Notes: generated from the sequence alone by a model not told the origin. A stretch of 63,219 nt of DNA, filler included, from Octopus bimaculoides (GCF_001194135.2; 6 parts of 5 records of this genome joined end to end with filler, not necessarily neighbours in it); one strand, 5' to 3'. Shown: positions 25,699-39,794, counted from the first letter of the whole stretch. Program-made: numbers and translations.

Positions 25699-26644
25699 CG
25701 TGAGTTATGGTTGTTTGTGTATGTGCATGTGTTTGAGAGTGTTTCTGCATGCGTGTGTGCGAGTTTTCTGTGTGCGTGCGTATGCATTTTTTGTGTGTAA
25801 GTATGTGCGCGTATGTTTCTGTGTGTATTGCGTGAGTGTGTGTCCGTGTGCATGTGCGTGTGTGTGCGTGTGTGTGCATCACTTTTGCCTTTTCATACTT
25901 GCAGACTATTAACGTTTGTATTATTAACACTTGCGAAGTCAAGTTCTCAACCCTCATTCCCTAATTTATGTTACGCAAACACACACACACACACACGTAG
26001 ACACAGCCACACACAGACACACACACACACACACTCACACACTCATATGAAATACATTCATATACACATCAAACATCTCCAGATGCTTTCATCTTCCTAT
26101 ATTGATACCAACCACTTTTTCTCTATTTATCTTTCTCTCCTTTTCTATGTGGCCCCTTCACTCACTCATTGTCTTCCTCTGTCTGTCTTCACTCTCTCTC
26201 TCTTTCTCCCCCCCCGTCTCTCCTCCTCTCTCTCTCTCTCTCTCTCTGACACATTCTCTCATGCATATACACGCACACATTCACACTTCTGTTACTAATT
26301 CGTGTTAACTACTTTTAGATGCCCGTTTTTAATCTCTTTATTTTATCTCAATCATGCTTGCACACAGACAAATGCAAACGGACACTAAGACAACATACTA
26401 AAATAACATACGTACATACACACACACACATACATACACACAATCGTGCATCTAAGTGTGTGTGTGTATTTATACTTGCGCGTATTGAGTAAGGTGTGCT
26501 TCTGTGCTTGCTTGTGTGTGTCCACACAAAAGCGTACCACACATTCATGTTTCAGTCCTCATTCTTTCAGTTCTTTAACACTAAGACCAACGCGTATTTT
26601 CTGTATTATTCATTTTTCTCTCTGAATTAACTCTATATCCGTTT

Positions 26645-26688
<44 letters not shown>

Positions 26689-26698
26689 NNNNNNNNNN

Positions 26699-26730
<32 letters not shown>

Positions 26731-28305
26731 CCTCTCTCTCTCTCTCCCATTTTCTCTGTATCTCTCTGTCACTCTCCCTCTCTCTCTCACCTCCCTACCA
26801 TCTCTCTCTCCCTTTTTCTCTTTCTGCCTTTTTCTTCCTTTCTCTTCCTTTCTCTTCCTTTATCTCTCTCTCTTTCTCTCTCTCTCTCTTTTTCTCTCTC
26901 TTTCTCTCTCTCTCTCTTCTTCCCTCTCTCTTTCTCTCTCTCTCTTCCTCTCTCACTTTCTGGAGTTCTTTTTCCTTCAGTTGCTGTAGCATTCATATCT
27001 GCTCCTCACTGTCACTCCTATTCACACTTTCACACATTCTCTCTAAGAAATACACACACACACACACAGACAGACACACACACACACACACACACACAGA
27101 CACACACACACATACCACACACACACGCACACACACACACAATTACGTGCACAGACGCACGCACACATATATGTGCATATATGCACATAAATAGCTGGGT
27201 ATATAGATGTATGAGCGTACGTACACACACACACATTGCGCCGCCATCTCTTTCTCATTCATTCATTTCTTCACTCCTACTCTCGCCTATTTGACACTTT
27301 CAACAATGTCCTTTCGTGTTCTCTCTCTCTTGCCCCCTCTCCTTTTCTCCCTCTTCTGTCTCTCTTTCTCTTTCTCTCTCTTCCTCTCTCTCTCAATCCC
27401 TTAAATTATTCTTCCTTCTCAGCATTATTTTTACACTTACTCTTGAGAAAACTATTACGGAATTCCGCTTTCTCTCTCTCTCCCTCTCTTTCTCTTTCTC
27501 ACCTTCTCTCTCTCTCTCTCTCTCTATTTGTCTATCTATCTATCTGTCTGTCTATCAATCTATCCATCTCTTGCCGTCTTTCCTACAAACGCTTATACAA
27601 ACTCTCTCTAACTTTCTTTTCTCCTCTATATCATCTCCATCTCTCTCTTTTTTAACACCATCTCCGCTTTGTACATCTCATTCTTAATCTCCAATTCTCT
27701 ACCACCAACACCCCCTCTCTCNNNNNNNNNNNNNNNNNNNNNNNNNNNNNNNNNNNNNNNNNNNNTTAATTAATTAANNNNNNNNNNNNNNNNNNNNNNN
27801 NNNNNNNNNNNNNNNNNNNNNATAGGCAGACATGCCTTCTGGGTGGGACTGTAAAAAGATCGTCTGCGCCAATCAATTTATTTTTGTGAGTGTATGAAGA
27901 AGATGGCGGCGGCGAGCAACTACTGCGGAGAATACGAAAGGAAGGGACGGCTTCTTAATGGAAACAGGTGGATTGGTTGATGTTGGCGGTAGACGAGGCT
28001 GTTGTTGACAAAATGCAGCATTTTAACTTAGATAATGTCTGTTGGGTGAATGTTTAGGGATGTCGTTGTGTTGGTGTTGGCGGTGGTAATTGAGATGTTG
28101 GTTTTGGTGGTGGAAGTGATGTTAGTCGTTGTCGGGGTGGTGGTGGTAGTGGAGGAGATGATGGTGATGTTTGGTGTGAAAAAGGAAAGGAAAGGACAAA
28201 ACTGAAGAACAGGAAAAACGATATCAGAATAGACACTGCTGTAACGAATTAATCCCTTAACGTTGATAGTGATGGGTTCCTGCGTGCGTGAATCTCGTAC
28301 GTACA

Positions 28306-28332
<27 letters not shown>

Positions 28333-28338
<6 letters not shown>

Positions 28339-28657
28339 TTTCATATTATTAATAAAATTATTAACAATATTCACAGGAAATCAATATTCGAATTTAGGAA
28401 AGATATATGTTTTATATGACACAATAATCATTTTGAATTATAATTAAATTAAAATTAAAGATATACAAAATATAAATGTATATAAACAATTTTAAAAATA
28501 TTTTTTATATACATTTATACTTTGTATATCTTTAATTTTAATTTAATTATAATTCAAAATGATTATTGTGTCATATAAAACATATATCTTTCATAAATTC
28601 GAATATTGATTTCCTGGGAATATTGTTAATAATTTTATTAATAATATGAAAATATAT
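28333..28657. repeat. 325-bp AT-rich near-perfect palindrome (fold-back or MITE-like)
   Basis: Arms 28333-28486 and 28504-28657 with 3 mismatches seen by eye; 17-nt spacer. Confidence 0.9.
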
Positions 28658-28917
28658 ATATATCTATTTGCTCAAAGTAATAGAGCACTTAATATAAGTT
28701 CAATAAAATATTCCTTTTGAATATTCTTTACAAATTATATACATACATATATACATATACATATATATATGTATTTATTAACACACGCACACACGCACGC
28801 ACACACACGCACACACACATACACACACACATATATAGATAGATAACAATATATCTATATATATATTCTCATATACGTTCATACATATATACGTATATAT
28901 TGTATATACATATGAAT

Positions 28918-28955
<38 letters not shown>

Positions 28956-29119
28956 TATATGAGTATATGCATATATATGTACATGTATGTACATACCTTC
29001 ATCTACGTGTACATATAGATACATATCTGGGTACATCGTTATATGTATGTATATATATATCATTCTATTATATATATATATATATGTATATTATATATAT
29101 ATGTGTATCCTCTGTCTCC

Positions 29120-29158
29120 TGTTTCTGAAGAAGAGCTTTTGCTCGAAACATAAAAACA
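29120..29158 (+). ncRNA. Minimal HHR-like motif, probably inactivated
   Basis: tgttt-CTGAAGA-A-GAGC-TTTT-GCTC-GAAAC-ATA-aaaaca: perfect helix II. GAAACATA is one CpG transition away from GAAACGTA. Confidence 0.55.
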
Positions 29159-29667
29159 CCTTTCTTTCCTTCCCTGAGTGTCTTATTAATACTTTGCGTG
29201 TATCACGTCCTCGCGTTGTTGTTTTTTTTCATGTTTTTTCTTCGTTTTCTGGGGGGGGGGGTTAATTATATGCATATATCTTTATATGTATGCATGCATA
29301 TATATATGCACATGTGTGTATGTATATATACATATATACGGTTTTATTTATGTATGTATGTATGTATGTATGCATGTATGTATCTCTATTTGTCTTTCTC
29401 TCTCTCTCTCTCTTTATATATATATATATATATATATCCTTGAACTCCACCGCTTTGGACTCCACCACCTTGGACTCCACCACCTAAACCCGGAAGATAA
29501 TTTCTTAACTAAGAAGAGCTGGTGGTATCAGGGACGACGCTCATCCGACTGCGTTTCATTATGATACGGCCACGCAAGAGAGAGATCTAGAAAAAAATCC
29601 ATAAATTATATGCATGCCTATATGTAGAAATGGGTGTGTGTGCTTCCATCTATCTATCTATCCATCC

Positions 29668-29777
<110 letters not shown>

Positions 29778-29853
29778 ACACACACACACACATACACATG
29801 TATATATATATATGCACACAGACACGCAAATATATATATATATATGCACACAG

Positions 29854-29907
<54 letters not shown>

Positions 29908-30027
29908 GCAGACAGACACGTACACACAGACACGCACACAGACACACATACCCAAATATATACAAAGAGCAAGAGGTGAGGTGAGAGGTAGAGAGGGAGA
30001 GAGGGAAAAGAGAGACGAATAAGTGTG

Positions 30028-30079
<52 letters not shown>

Positions 30080-30478
30080 GGTGTGTGTGTGTGTGTATTC
30101 ATGTAAACAATTGGCAAAAGAACATCGATATTCATTCTCTTCACTGAAACCGGCCCAACTCACCGCCAAGAATGAAGAATTCTGGACCATTCCACCAACT
30201 GCGCTGCTCTCAATAACAAATACCTTTCTAACAATACATGGTCTGTTTCTAGCAGAAGATGACTCGGAGATTGGCAAGGATTTTTTGTATTGACAGGCGG
30301 AGTAGGGAGTTTTGAAGAATGCGAAGAGGTTGTTAGAAGAGGGGAGATAAGTGAGAAACAGTGAGGGATGGGGTGGATACTACTAAATAAGTTCAGTGAC
30401 ATGAAAGAAAACATTGAGGTGACGCAGGAGAGATAAAACACAGACATAGATACAGAGAGAGAGAGAGGGAGGGAGAGA

Positions 30479-30567
<89 letters not shown>

Positions 30568-30878
30568 TGCTTTTTAACAGAAGTGAATCAATTGACATAT
30601 ATAACTCTTCGAAACGCTTAGTTTTAGAATGGTGGCAGCTGATGAAGGAAATGTTCTCTATGTGGCCTGTGTGTTTTCTGTACTCCGTTTATCATTTTGT
30701 TCACGTTTTTTTTTGCTATGTCCTGTACCCAGATATGCATCTATATATACATGTAGATGTAGGCATGTACGTACATGTACGTATATATGCATATATTCAT
30801 ATATTATTTGTATGACAAGTATACACACTCGCTCCTCTTGCAATATGCACTAAACAGGAACGAAGACCAGTGATCCAG

Positions 30879-31312
30879 GAGATGGTAATGGTGAACCGGT
30901 TCACCATTACCGTCTCTCGAACTTACTGAATCTTCTCGCCATTGGTGGAGGCTGACTGGCGTCCTGCTCCCTCTTCGTGCGTCACGCTTCTAAGGCCACT
31001 TTTAAACCACTCGGTCCCACTCATATACACTTCTACGCGGTAGTGCACTGTCCCCGTATTGTGCTAAAAGCCTCCGATGAATTTCACCACCTGACTCACT
31101 GCTCTTTGTTCATCTTTGGTTGGTGCACATTGCTAGTGGAGCGGACATGCTTACACTATACAGACAGAAAGAAAATTGGCGCGATCAGGCTTAAACCTCG
31201 ATCACGTGACCACAATAGTTTCAACTATAAGTTCGCATGCGCAGAAGGCAGTGTGACAATAATGAAGATATATTATGGCGAAAAGTGCGGATGATTTTGG
31301 ACTTCCTGTCGA
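30879..31312 (-). mobile_element. Mariner 5' fragment ending in a fold-back
   Basis: Minus strand reads GEIHRRLLAQYGDSALPRRSVYEW..EWFKSGLRSVTHEEGAGRQSASTNGEKIQ*VRETVMVNR; a TA run borders 31312. Confidence 0.8.
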
Positions 31313-31330
31313 GTATATATATATATATAT

Positions 31331-31595
31331 GCAGGTGGCACGTAAAATACACCATTTTGAGCGTGGCCGTTGTCCGTACCACCTGACTGGCCTTCGTGCC
31401 GGTGGCACGTAAAAGCACCCACTACACTCTCGGAGTGGTTGACATTAGGAAGAGCATCCAGCTGTAGAATCTCTGCCAAATCAGATTGGAGCCTGGTGTA
31501 GCCATCTGGTTTCACCAGTCCTCAGTCAAATCATCCAACCCACGCTAGCATGGAAAGCGGACGTTAAACGATGATGATGATGATGATGATGATGA
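31331..31595 (+). mobile_element. RTE-type LINE 3' UTR with (GAT)n tail
   Basis: ...ACATTAGGAAGAGCATCCAGCTGTAG...AGCATGGAAAGCGGACGTTAAAC(GAT)n; short-repeat tail and motif resemble RTE 3' ends. Confidence 0.6.
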
Positions 31596-31875
31596 TATAT
31601 ATATATATANNNNNNNNNNNNNNNNNNNNNNNNNNNNNNNNNNNNNNNNNNNNTTAATTAATTAANNNNNNNNNNNNNNNNNNNNNNNNNNNNNNNNNNN
31701 NNNNNNNNNTATATATATATATATATACCTATGTATGTATGTATGTATGTATGTGTATGTGTGTATGTGTATGTGTGCCTATGTGCATTTAGATATCTAT
31801 GTATGAATGTATTTTTATCTATAAAGAGCGTTTGTATATAATTTTGTATATACACATAATATAAATTCACACACA

Positions 31876-31908
<33 letters not shown>

Positions 31909-32240
31909 TCTCACACACACACGCACACAACTACTTACTATATATCACACATGCCCCTTTTATTTCTCAGTAAATATTTTTTCCTTCCTTTTTCCTAATC
32001 TTTGAAATCAAGGAGTGGGTTTTTTTTGTTTCATGTATTTTTGTCTTTTTTTTTCTCTCCAACAAATCTTTAAACATTCAATTAAAAGGCAAACTACTTT
32101 TATGAGGAAAGAATATTTTCTAAAAAATATAACCTGACCTAGTTGAATATATACTAAACAATTTACACACACACACGTATCATATACATATGCATGTGTG
32201 TATGTCTGCGTACACTATATATATGTAGTATGTACATATA

Positions 32241-32281
<41 letters not shown>

Positions 32282-32531
32282 NNNNNNNNNNNNNNNNNNN
32301 NNNNNNNNNNNNNNNNNNNNNNNNNNNNNNNNNNNNNNNNNNNNNNNNNNNNNNNNNNNNNNNNNNNNNNNNNNNNNNNNNNNNNNNNNNNNNNNNNNNN
32401 NNNNNNNNNNNNNNNNNNNNNNNNNNNNNNNNNNNNNNNNNNNTAAAGGTTTATTTCATACTGAACTACTTGGCAAAATTGTTAATTGTTAATTCTATTA
32501 TTAATTGACGATTCCCTGCCCTCATTTCTTG

Positions 32532-32575
<44 letters not shown>

Positions 32576-32688
32576 GCTTATAGATATATATGCGTGTGTT
32601 TGTGTATGTATATAAATAAATACATCTGTATATATATATGTGTGCGTGTGTGTGTGTGTATACATATATGTATACATATATATACGTA

Positions 32689-32735
<47 letters not shown>

Positions 32736-32772
32736 ATATATATATGTCTATATATACGTACACTTTTATATA

Positions 32773-32851
<79 letters not shown>

Positions 32852-33352
32852 GTGTGTGTGTGTGTGATTATACTCATTGTGTGCCGACACAATATTAAGT
32901 GTTTTAACGGATAAAGAGGATGAAATGAAGAAAATAAATCCAAAATATTTCAGAAGACGAAATTGAGTAAAATTTTATGGAAATAGAAAACAAAAGATTT
33001 TCTTTAAAATATGTAAATTTAGGTTAGAATAATATTTCAAACACATTTGAAATTTTTTTTTTTTTTCTGTCGCCAATGTTATTCAATCTGCACTGAAAAT
33101 TAATTACATTTGTTCAAACAATCCATACTCTTGCATGTAACTAACAAATTGGGACTCCGTTACTATCGACGATGACTATTCCCATTGTTAGATCATAGTA
33201 CATCTTTGTAATTGAGTCATATTGTAAGTGACTGAGTATTCCATAGACATGTAGATCTTTGATGCAAACTTCAGTGTGGAAATTGTTGAGCATTGCCCGA
33301 GTCCCTATACAGGACCTATGCCCATATCATCCTTTGAAATGTAACTCAAAAA

Positions 33353-33662
33353 CAGGCGCTGGTGTGGCTGTGATTTAAGAAGCTTGCTTCCCAACCACAT
33401 GGTTCTGGGTTCAGTCTCACTGCGTGGCACCTTGGGCATATATATATATATATGTGTGTGTCTTTGTGTGTGGTTTTTCCCGTCCCCATCGCTTGACAGC
33501 CGATGCTGGTGTGTTTACGTCCCCGTAACCTAGCGGTTCGGCAGAAGAAACCGATGAAATAAGTACCAGGCTTACAAAGAATAAGCCCAGGGATCGATTT
33601 ATTCGACTAAAAGCGGTGCTCCAGCATGGCCGCAGTCAAATAACTGAAACAACTGAAAGAAA
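33353..33662 (+). mobile_element. SINE family A with internal deletion
   Basis: Head to CCTTGGGCA joined directly to the TA/TG tract; normal 3' half and tail. Confidence 0.85.
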
Positions 33663-33681
33663 ACAATAAATATAAATAATA

Positions 33682-33882
33682 GTAATTCCGAAGTTTGGTG
33701 CGAGGCGAGCAATTTTGGGTGAGGGGATCGACCGCAGTTTTTAACCGACTTATTTTATCGACCCCGAAAGAATGAAAAGCATAGCCGTCCTCGGCGGAAT
33801 TTGAACTCAGAACGTAAAGACAAACGAAAGGCTGGTAAGCATTTTGCCCGGTGAGCTAACATCTCTGCCAGATCACCGCCTT
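33682..33882 (-). mobile_element. tRNA-derived SINE family B
   Basis: Minus strand GGCGGTGATCTGGCAGAGATGTTAG (A box)...GAGTTCAAATTCC (B box)...TTTCATTCTTTCGGGGTCGATAAAATAAG; related copy at 48666. Confidence 0.8.
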
Positions 33883-34324
33883 GCATACGAATAATGGTAG
33901 CATCTCTTTTGATATTCGAACACTCAGCACCGTGTATCACTCGCAGGTAAACTTATGAAATTCTGAAGTAAAATATCGATCTTTATTCTTTAATAAGCTT
34001 CTGCGATCGATGAAATATAGAAGCAACATAACTAATCTTTCGTTTGGTAAGTTATAGAATACGTATTTAGTTGATGAGAAAGAATAAGTTCTTATGATAG
34101 AAATGTAAGCGAAATATAGCGATTATTTGATGAGGAAGCATATAGTTTGCATTGAGTTGTCATGAAATAGGGAATGGACTCTGCCCGTGTGTACAGTAAG
34201 AAAAAGAAAGCAAAAAGAAAAAGAAGAAAAAACATAACCAACTACAATTTAGATAATATAAAAGAAAGGGTAATTATCGGAGTGAGAAAACTTACACACC
34301 CCCTACTGTTTGATTATTGACACA

Positions 34325-34388
<64 letters not shown>

Positions 34389-35313
34389 GGTACTACTTTC
34401 TTTGTTCCCCTACACAAAACCAATCCCAGTTAAAGTCGTCCAGGTTCCGCCATCTCTCCTTCCCATTTCACTCACTAACACATTACTGAGACTCCCCCCC
34501 CCCCACACAGATTCAGCATTTTGCATTGAAAAGCTTCTATACAGTTATCGGCTACCATTTGCCATCTTAGCTGTGCATTATTAGCAACACACCTGATGAA
34601 GAGCCGGCACACACCAGCGGTTGCGTCATATGTTTTACTTAAAAAAATAATTTTTGTGATGACTTGAGACTAAAAACTCAGCAATTTTCAGCTGTTACCA
34701 CAACACAGAAACGAATGATTTTATTTGTAATTAAAACAGGGGATGAATTTGAGTAACCGTTAACCAAATTAATAACCACAATTCACAATAAAATATGGAT
34801 GAATTAAATTTAACTCTAGCCTCTTTCTTATAAACAGAAAGTATCTATTTAATTCGCTCTGTGAGCGTATGTGCACCAAACCACGCGTGTGCGTATATTT
34901 ATATCTTCGTGAATGTTTGTAACAGCGAATGTACGTGCGACAAACAACCTAAGCGAGGGCGTTTATATATCCATATCTGTTTACGGTTATATTTAATACT
35001 TTTTCACTGTATCATGTATTCGTTATTTTTTGTATCTGTTATTTATTATTGATCTTATATACAAACTGAAGCTATATCCTTTAATTTTCTGCTTTTCTTT
35101 ACACAAGCCGACAAGATTTCTTGTGGAACAATCGTTACTTCAAAGAGATACATGTTATAATCACCTGAAGAGATACATCTACACCGTCGATTACCCCTAA
35201 AACAATTTTTAATTATCTCACCCGTGAAGGATCGATGGTAGATGGATTGAAACAATTTTAGTGATAAATAAACATTCTCATATCTTCCATCTTCTGTTTA
35301 TCTTATTATTCAA

Positions 35314-35369
<56 letters not shown>

Positions 35370-35392
35370 NNNNNNNNNNGTGTGTGTATTGA

Positions 35393-35702
35393 TGTATTTC
35401 GGGATGGACATTTGTTTTTTGCCAAATAAACACACGCACTATATATTCGTTCTCCACTCGTTTATTGCTGTTCTTATTCTAACTCATGTCCGTTATCCAA
35501 AATGGGATAAGCAGAGCAAGAGCACACACGAAGACGGAAAGTGTCTCTGAGGAGGTCACAGATGTGTGACGAAAGATTTCCGGACAAGGGACATGAGTTA
35601 GAATAAGAACAGTAATAAACGAGTGAAGAACGAATATATAATGCATGTGTTTATTTGGCAAAACAAAAAAAAAAACAAAAAAAATGACCGTCCCGAAATA
35701 CA
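35393..35702. mobile_element. MITE with ~100-bp terminal inverted repeats
   Basis: 35393-35491 is the reverse complement of 35589-35702 (with an A-tract expansion). Opposite-strand ORFs share LPNKH.HYIFVLHSFI.VLILTHV. Confidence 0.85.
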
Positions 35703-35841
35703 ACATTATCTGTTTCAACACAAGACTTCACATCAGAAATCTTACAACACAAATTCATAAACGTAAAAGTTATATATTTTGATTGAATCCTCCATGTGTT
35801 AACATGTATCTACTTGCCGCCATGTAAACTTTCATTTAATC

Positions 35842-35946
35842 AAGATATCCTTCGCCTGACAAGTAACCCGCGGTTTACACCTCGCTTGGATATTTACCAC
35901 TTCAGAGGTTCAGCTCGCTATGAAACATATGTAGCCCCCGGATCTT
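35842..35946 (+). ncRNA. CpG-decayed HHR-like motif with enlarged helix II
   Basis: aagatatcc-ttc-gc-CTGACAA-gtaac[...]gctat-GAAAC-ATAT-GTA-gc-cccc-ggatctt. CTGACAA and gctaT-G are single CpG transitions from CTGACGA and gctaC-G. Confidence 0.4.
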
Positions 35947-37426
35947 ATCTCCTCCGTTCCTTAACTATTCTATTCTTATTCCTATACCCGGCAACCCTGG
36001 TTGCCAACCGTGAAATATGTTATAATTCTTTTCAGCCTATCGTACATCAATACGGGAAAAATTCAAAACTTTCCGCACCAATAAACCATTGTTGCCCCGA
36101 AAGTTGTTCTTTCTTTTTTATATATATATTCTATGGATTGCTTGAAGCTCACTCACTTCCTACAACTTGACCCTTGGATCTTACGTTTATATTTACACAC
36201 ACACACACACATACACACACATACACTTACATACATACATACATACATGCATACGTACATACATACACTTACATACATACATGCATACGTACATACATAC
36301 ATAGTATATACATATATATATATGTATATATATACACCGATATATATACATATATATATATGTATATATATACACCGATATANNNNNNNNNNNNNNNNNN
36401 NNNNNNNNNNNNNNNNNNNNNNNNNNNNNNNNNNNNNNNNNNNNNNNNNNNNNNNNNNNNNNNNNNNNNNNNNNNNNNNNNNNNNNNNNNNNNNNNNNNN
36501 NNNNNNNNNNNNNNNNNNNNNNNNNNNNNNNNNNNNNNNNNNNNNNNNNNNNNNNNNNNNNNNNNNNNNNNNNNNNNNNNNNNNNNNNNNNNNNNNNNNN
36601 NNNNNNNNNNNNNNNNNNNNNNNNNNNNNNNNNNNNNNNNNNNNNNNNNNNNNNNNNNNNNNNNNNNNNNNNNNNNNNNNNNNNNNNNNNNNNNNNNNNN
36701 NNNNNNNNNNNNNNNNNNNNNNNNNNNNNNNNNNNNNNNNNNNNNNNNNNNNNNNNNNNNNNNNNNNNNNNNNNNNNNNNNNNNNNNNNNNNNNNNNNNN
36801 NNNNNNNNNNNNNNNNNNNNNNNNNNNNNNNNNNNNNNNNNNNNNNNNNNNNNNNNNNNNNNNNNNNNNNNNNNNNNNNNNNNNNNNNNNNNNNNNNNNN
36901 NNNNNNNNNNNNNNNNNNNNNNNNATATGTATGTATGTATGTATGTACGTACGTATATATATGCATACTCTACTATTGAACTGTGAGAATAAGTAGTCAA
37001 TACCAATTGATGGATAAATACTCTTTATTCATCGATTAGCAAGGCAACCAATGTTTTCACGTGATCCACTTGAAAAATGAGGGTACTGGTCTTCATGTTG
37101 AATGAGATTGCACAAGATTACGCGAGACGATGCATGATTTCAAAATAAACAGACAGATCTAGAAATGCAACTTAAAAGAATCTCTTAATTGTTAACTCCC
37201 ACGCAATGACCGTTAATTAATTAATCCCTTAATTATCTTGCGACAACCGTCATGTACACTTAGCCAAATTTTCTTCAGATTACACCTTCCGTCATAAAAC
37301 GGGAAGGACACATGGGACAATCTAGACTTGTGTATAGAAAAAAGATGGGATGGTCTTGAGTGGATTGCCGTTGACTACAGGTCGACTTGTTTAACACTAA
37401 CTTGGATTTAAACATCATGACTCTCA

Positions 37427-37491
37427 CATCACTGTACCACATCACTGTACCACATCACTGTACCACATCACTGTACCACATCACTGCACCA
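37427..37491. repeat. 13-bp tandem repeat (CATCACTGTACCA) x5
   Basis: Directly visible. Confidence 0.9.
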
Positions 37492-37935
37492 TCATCAATA
37501 CCTCATCACCACCACCACCACCACTGTCAGGTACCGCCAGCACCATCACCTACTGCCGCCACTACCACCACTGCCACCGCCGCCACCACTNNNNNNNNNN
37601 NNNNNNNNNNNNNNNNNNNNNNNNNNNNNNNNNNNNNNNNNNNNNNNNNNNNNNNNNNNNNNNNNNNNNNNNNNNNNNNNNNNNNNNNNNNNNNNNNNNN
37701 NNNNNNNNNNNNNNNNNNNNNNNNNNNNNNNNNNNNNNNNNNNNNNNNNNNNNNNNNNNNNNNNNNNNNNNNNNNNNNNNNNNNNNNNNNNNNNNNNNNN
37801 NNNNNNNNNNNNNNNNNNNNNNNNNNNNNNNNNNNNNNNNNNNNNNNNNNNNNNNNNNNNNNNNNNNNNNNNNNNNNNNNACAATCACCTAGCACCACCA
37901 CTACCACCACCACTACCACCACCACTACTAAAACC

Positions 37936-37967
<32 letters not shown>

Positions 37968-38722
37968 CAACACCAAGAATAAACAACACTCATTAGGAGA
38001 TATTTTAATCCTAATCAATACGAAATGATCGAGTTTTTAATAAAATCATTTGTATTTCAGAAAGACTAAAACTCATGATGGAACGGAAATGAGATGTTGT
38101 GGCTTTGATGCATTGTTTTGTTGCCTTCTTTTTTTGTATGTGTGTGTGTATGTGTGTGTGTGTGTGTGTGTGTGCGGTCCTCTTTTTTTGTTTAAATCTT
38201 TTTATTGGCCAAGTCATTAAGCAACGTTAAGTGAAGCCTTTCTTCACGTTAATCGAAAACCATGTTGTAGCTTTGATTGTCGGAATCACGGTGGAGACTA
38301 CACAACATAATCGATCGGTCGATAGGTAATTATGACATAAATAAACCTGAGCAGCATTGAACAAACAGAAGGAAATAAGAGAGCGAAAGTGAGGGAGAGA
38401 GAGAGAGAGAGAGAGAAGGAAGGACAGAGAGGTAGACATGTCTTTCTCTCTATCTCTGCATATATATATGAGGGAAAGGGAGAGGAAAGGTGCAGAGAAA
38501 ATGGCGTACCATAAGTAGTTAATAGTGAAGTAATATATCATGTGTATAGATGATGGTTCTGAGTTGTTGCTTGTTTGTTTGTTTGTTGCCATAAATCAAA
38601 TTGGAAAGGCGGAGAAGAGGAGGGTGTGGGTGTGGGTGTAGGTGTGGGGGTAAGCTATCTAATTACATGCTATTTCCTTATTTCTAGTTCGTTTATACAC
38701 GACGAAATGTATACCAATAGAC

Positions 38723-38762
<40 letters not shown>

Positions 38763-38862
38763 NNNNNNNNNNNNNNNNNNNNNNNNNNNNNNNNNNNNNN
38801 NNNNNNTTAATTAATTAANNNNNNNNNNNNNNNNNNNNNNNNNNNNNNNNNNNNNNNNNNNN

Positions 38863-38918
<56 letters not shown>

Positions 38919-39385
38919 AGAGAGAGGCATACACAAATATATATAATAAGAATATTTTTAGATTTATCTAAGGGTTACACTATGCTTTTGATGAGTACGA
39001 GTTTACACTTAAACAAAAATGCTGGAGAAGAGAGGAAAATAACTGAAAACGTTTCCAACAAACGTAGTATACGCAAAGGAAGATGTAATAGCCTGGCAAA
39101 CTACAACAAGATTCAGCAATTTAGATTAATAATTCCCTAGGCAGCCAAAGACTGAAGGTGATTTCTTTAAGACGAGGAAACAATCGTTCCCAAAACACAG
39201 GAAAAAGAATCTTAGTTATTTTTCTGTTTATTTACTCAAGCAAAAGAGAGATTTTCATCTTCTGTAACCTGTACAAATGACGCTTTTACATGGCTTTCCG
39301 TAGAATTATCAATATTACACGGGATTGACACAGTATGTTTTAGAGATATTTACGGTATATAATATAACTGTATAGATATTATAAT

Positions 39386-39419
<34 letters not shown>

Positions 39420-39447
39420 CATATGCATATACACATATACATATCCT

Positions 39448-39500
<53 letters not shown>

Positions 39501-39742
39501 GCGCAGAGTGAGAGACAGACAGAAGGAGAGAAAAACGAAAAAGGGAGAGGGAGATTTATATATACATACATGCATACCTACAAATAGTATACTCAACTGT
39601 ACATCTATATGCGTATATATGCAGATATCGCTATTTCTCTCTCTCTTTCTCTTTATCTATCTATACACACTCACGTATACACACACACCCACACACACCC
39701 ATACACACATACATGCATACACACACACACACATATATATAT

Positions 39743-39794
<52 letters not shown>

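Noticed and set aside
30164-30250. Minus-strand GTGAGT donor with open frames; WWNGPEFF BEL/Pao-like peptide
   Set aside because: No recognisable product, a stop directly precedes the motif, and no other BEL features are present.
30600-30665. GAAACGC followed by CTGATGA (type II HHR order)
   Set aside because: Helices I and III do not pair.
34585-34635. CTGATGAAGAGCC...GCGTC
   Set aside because: GAAA is missing and there is no convincing helix II.
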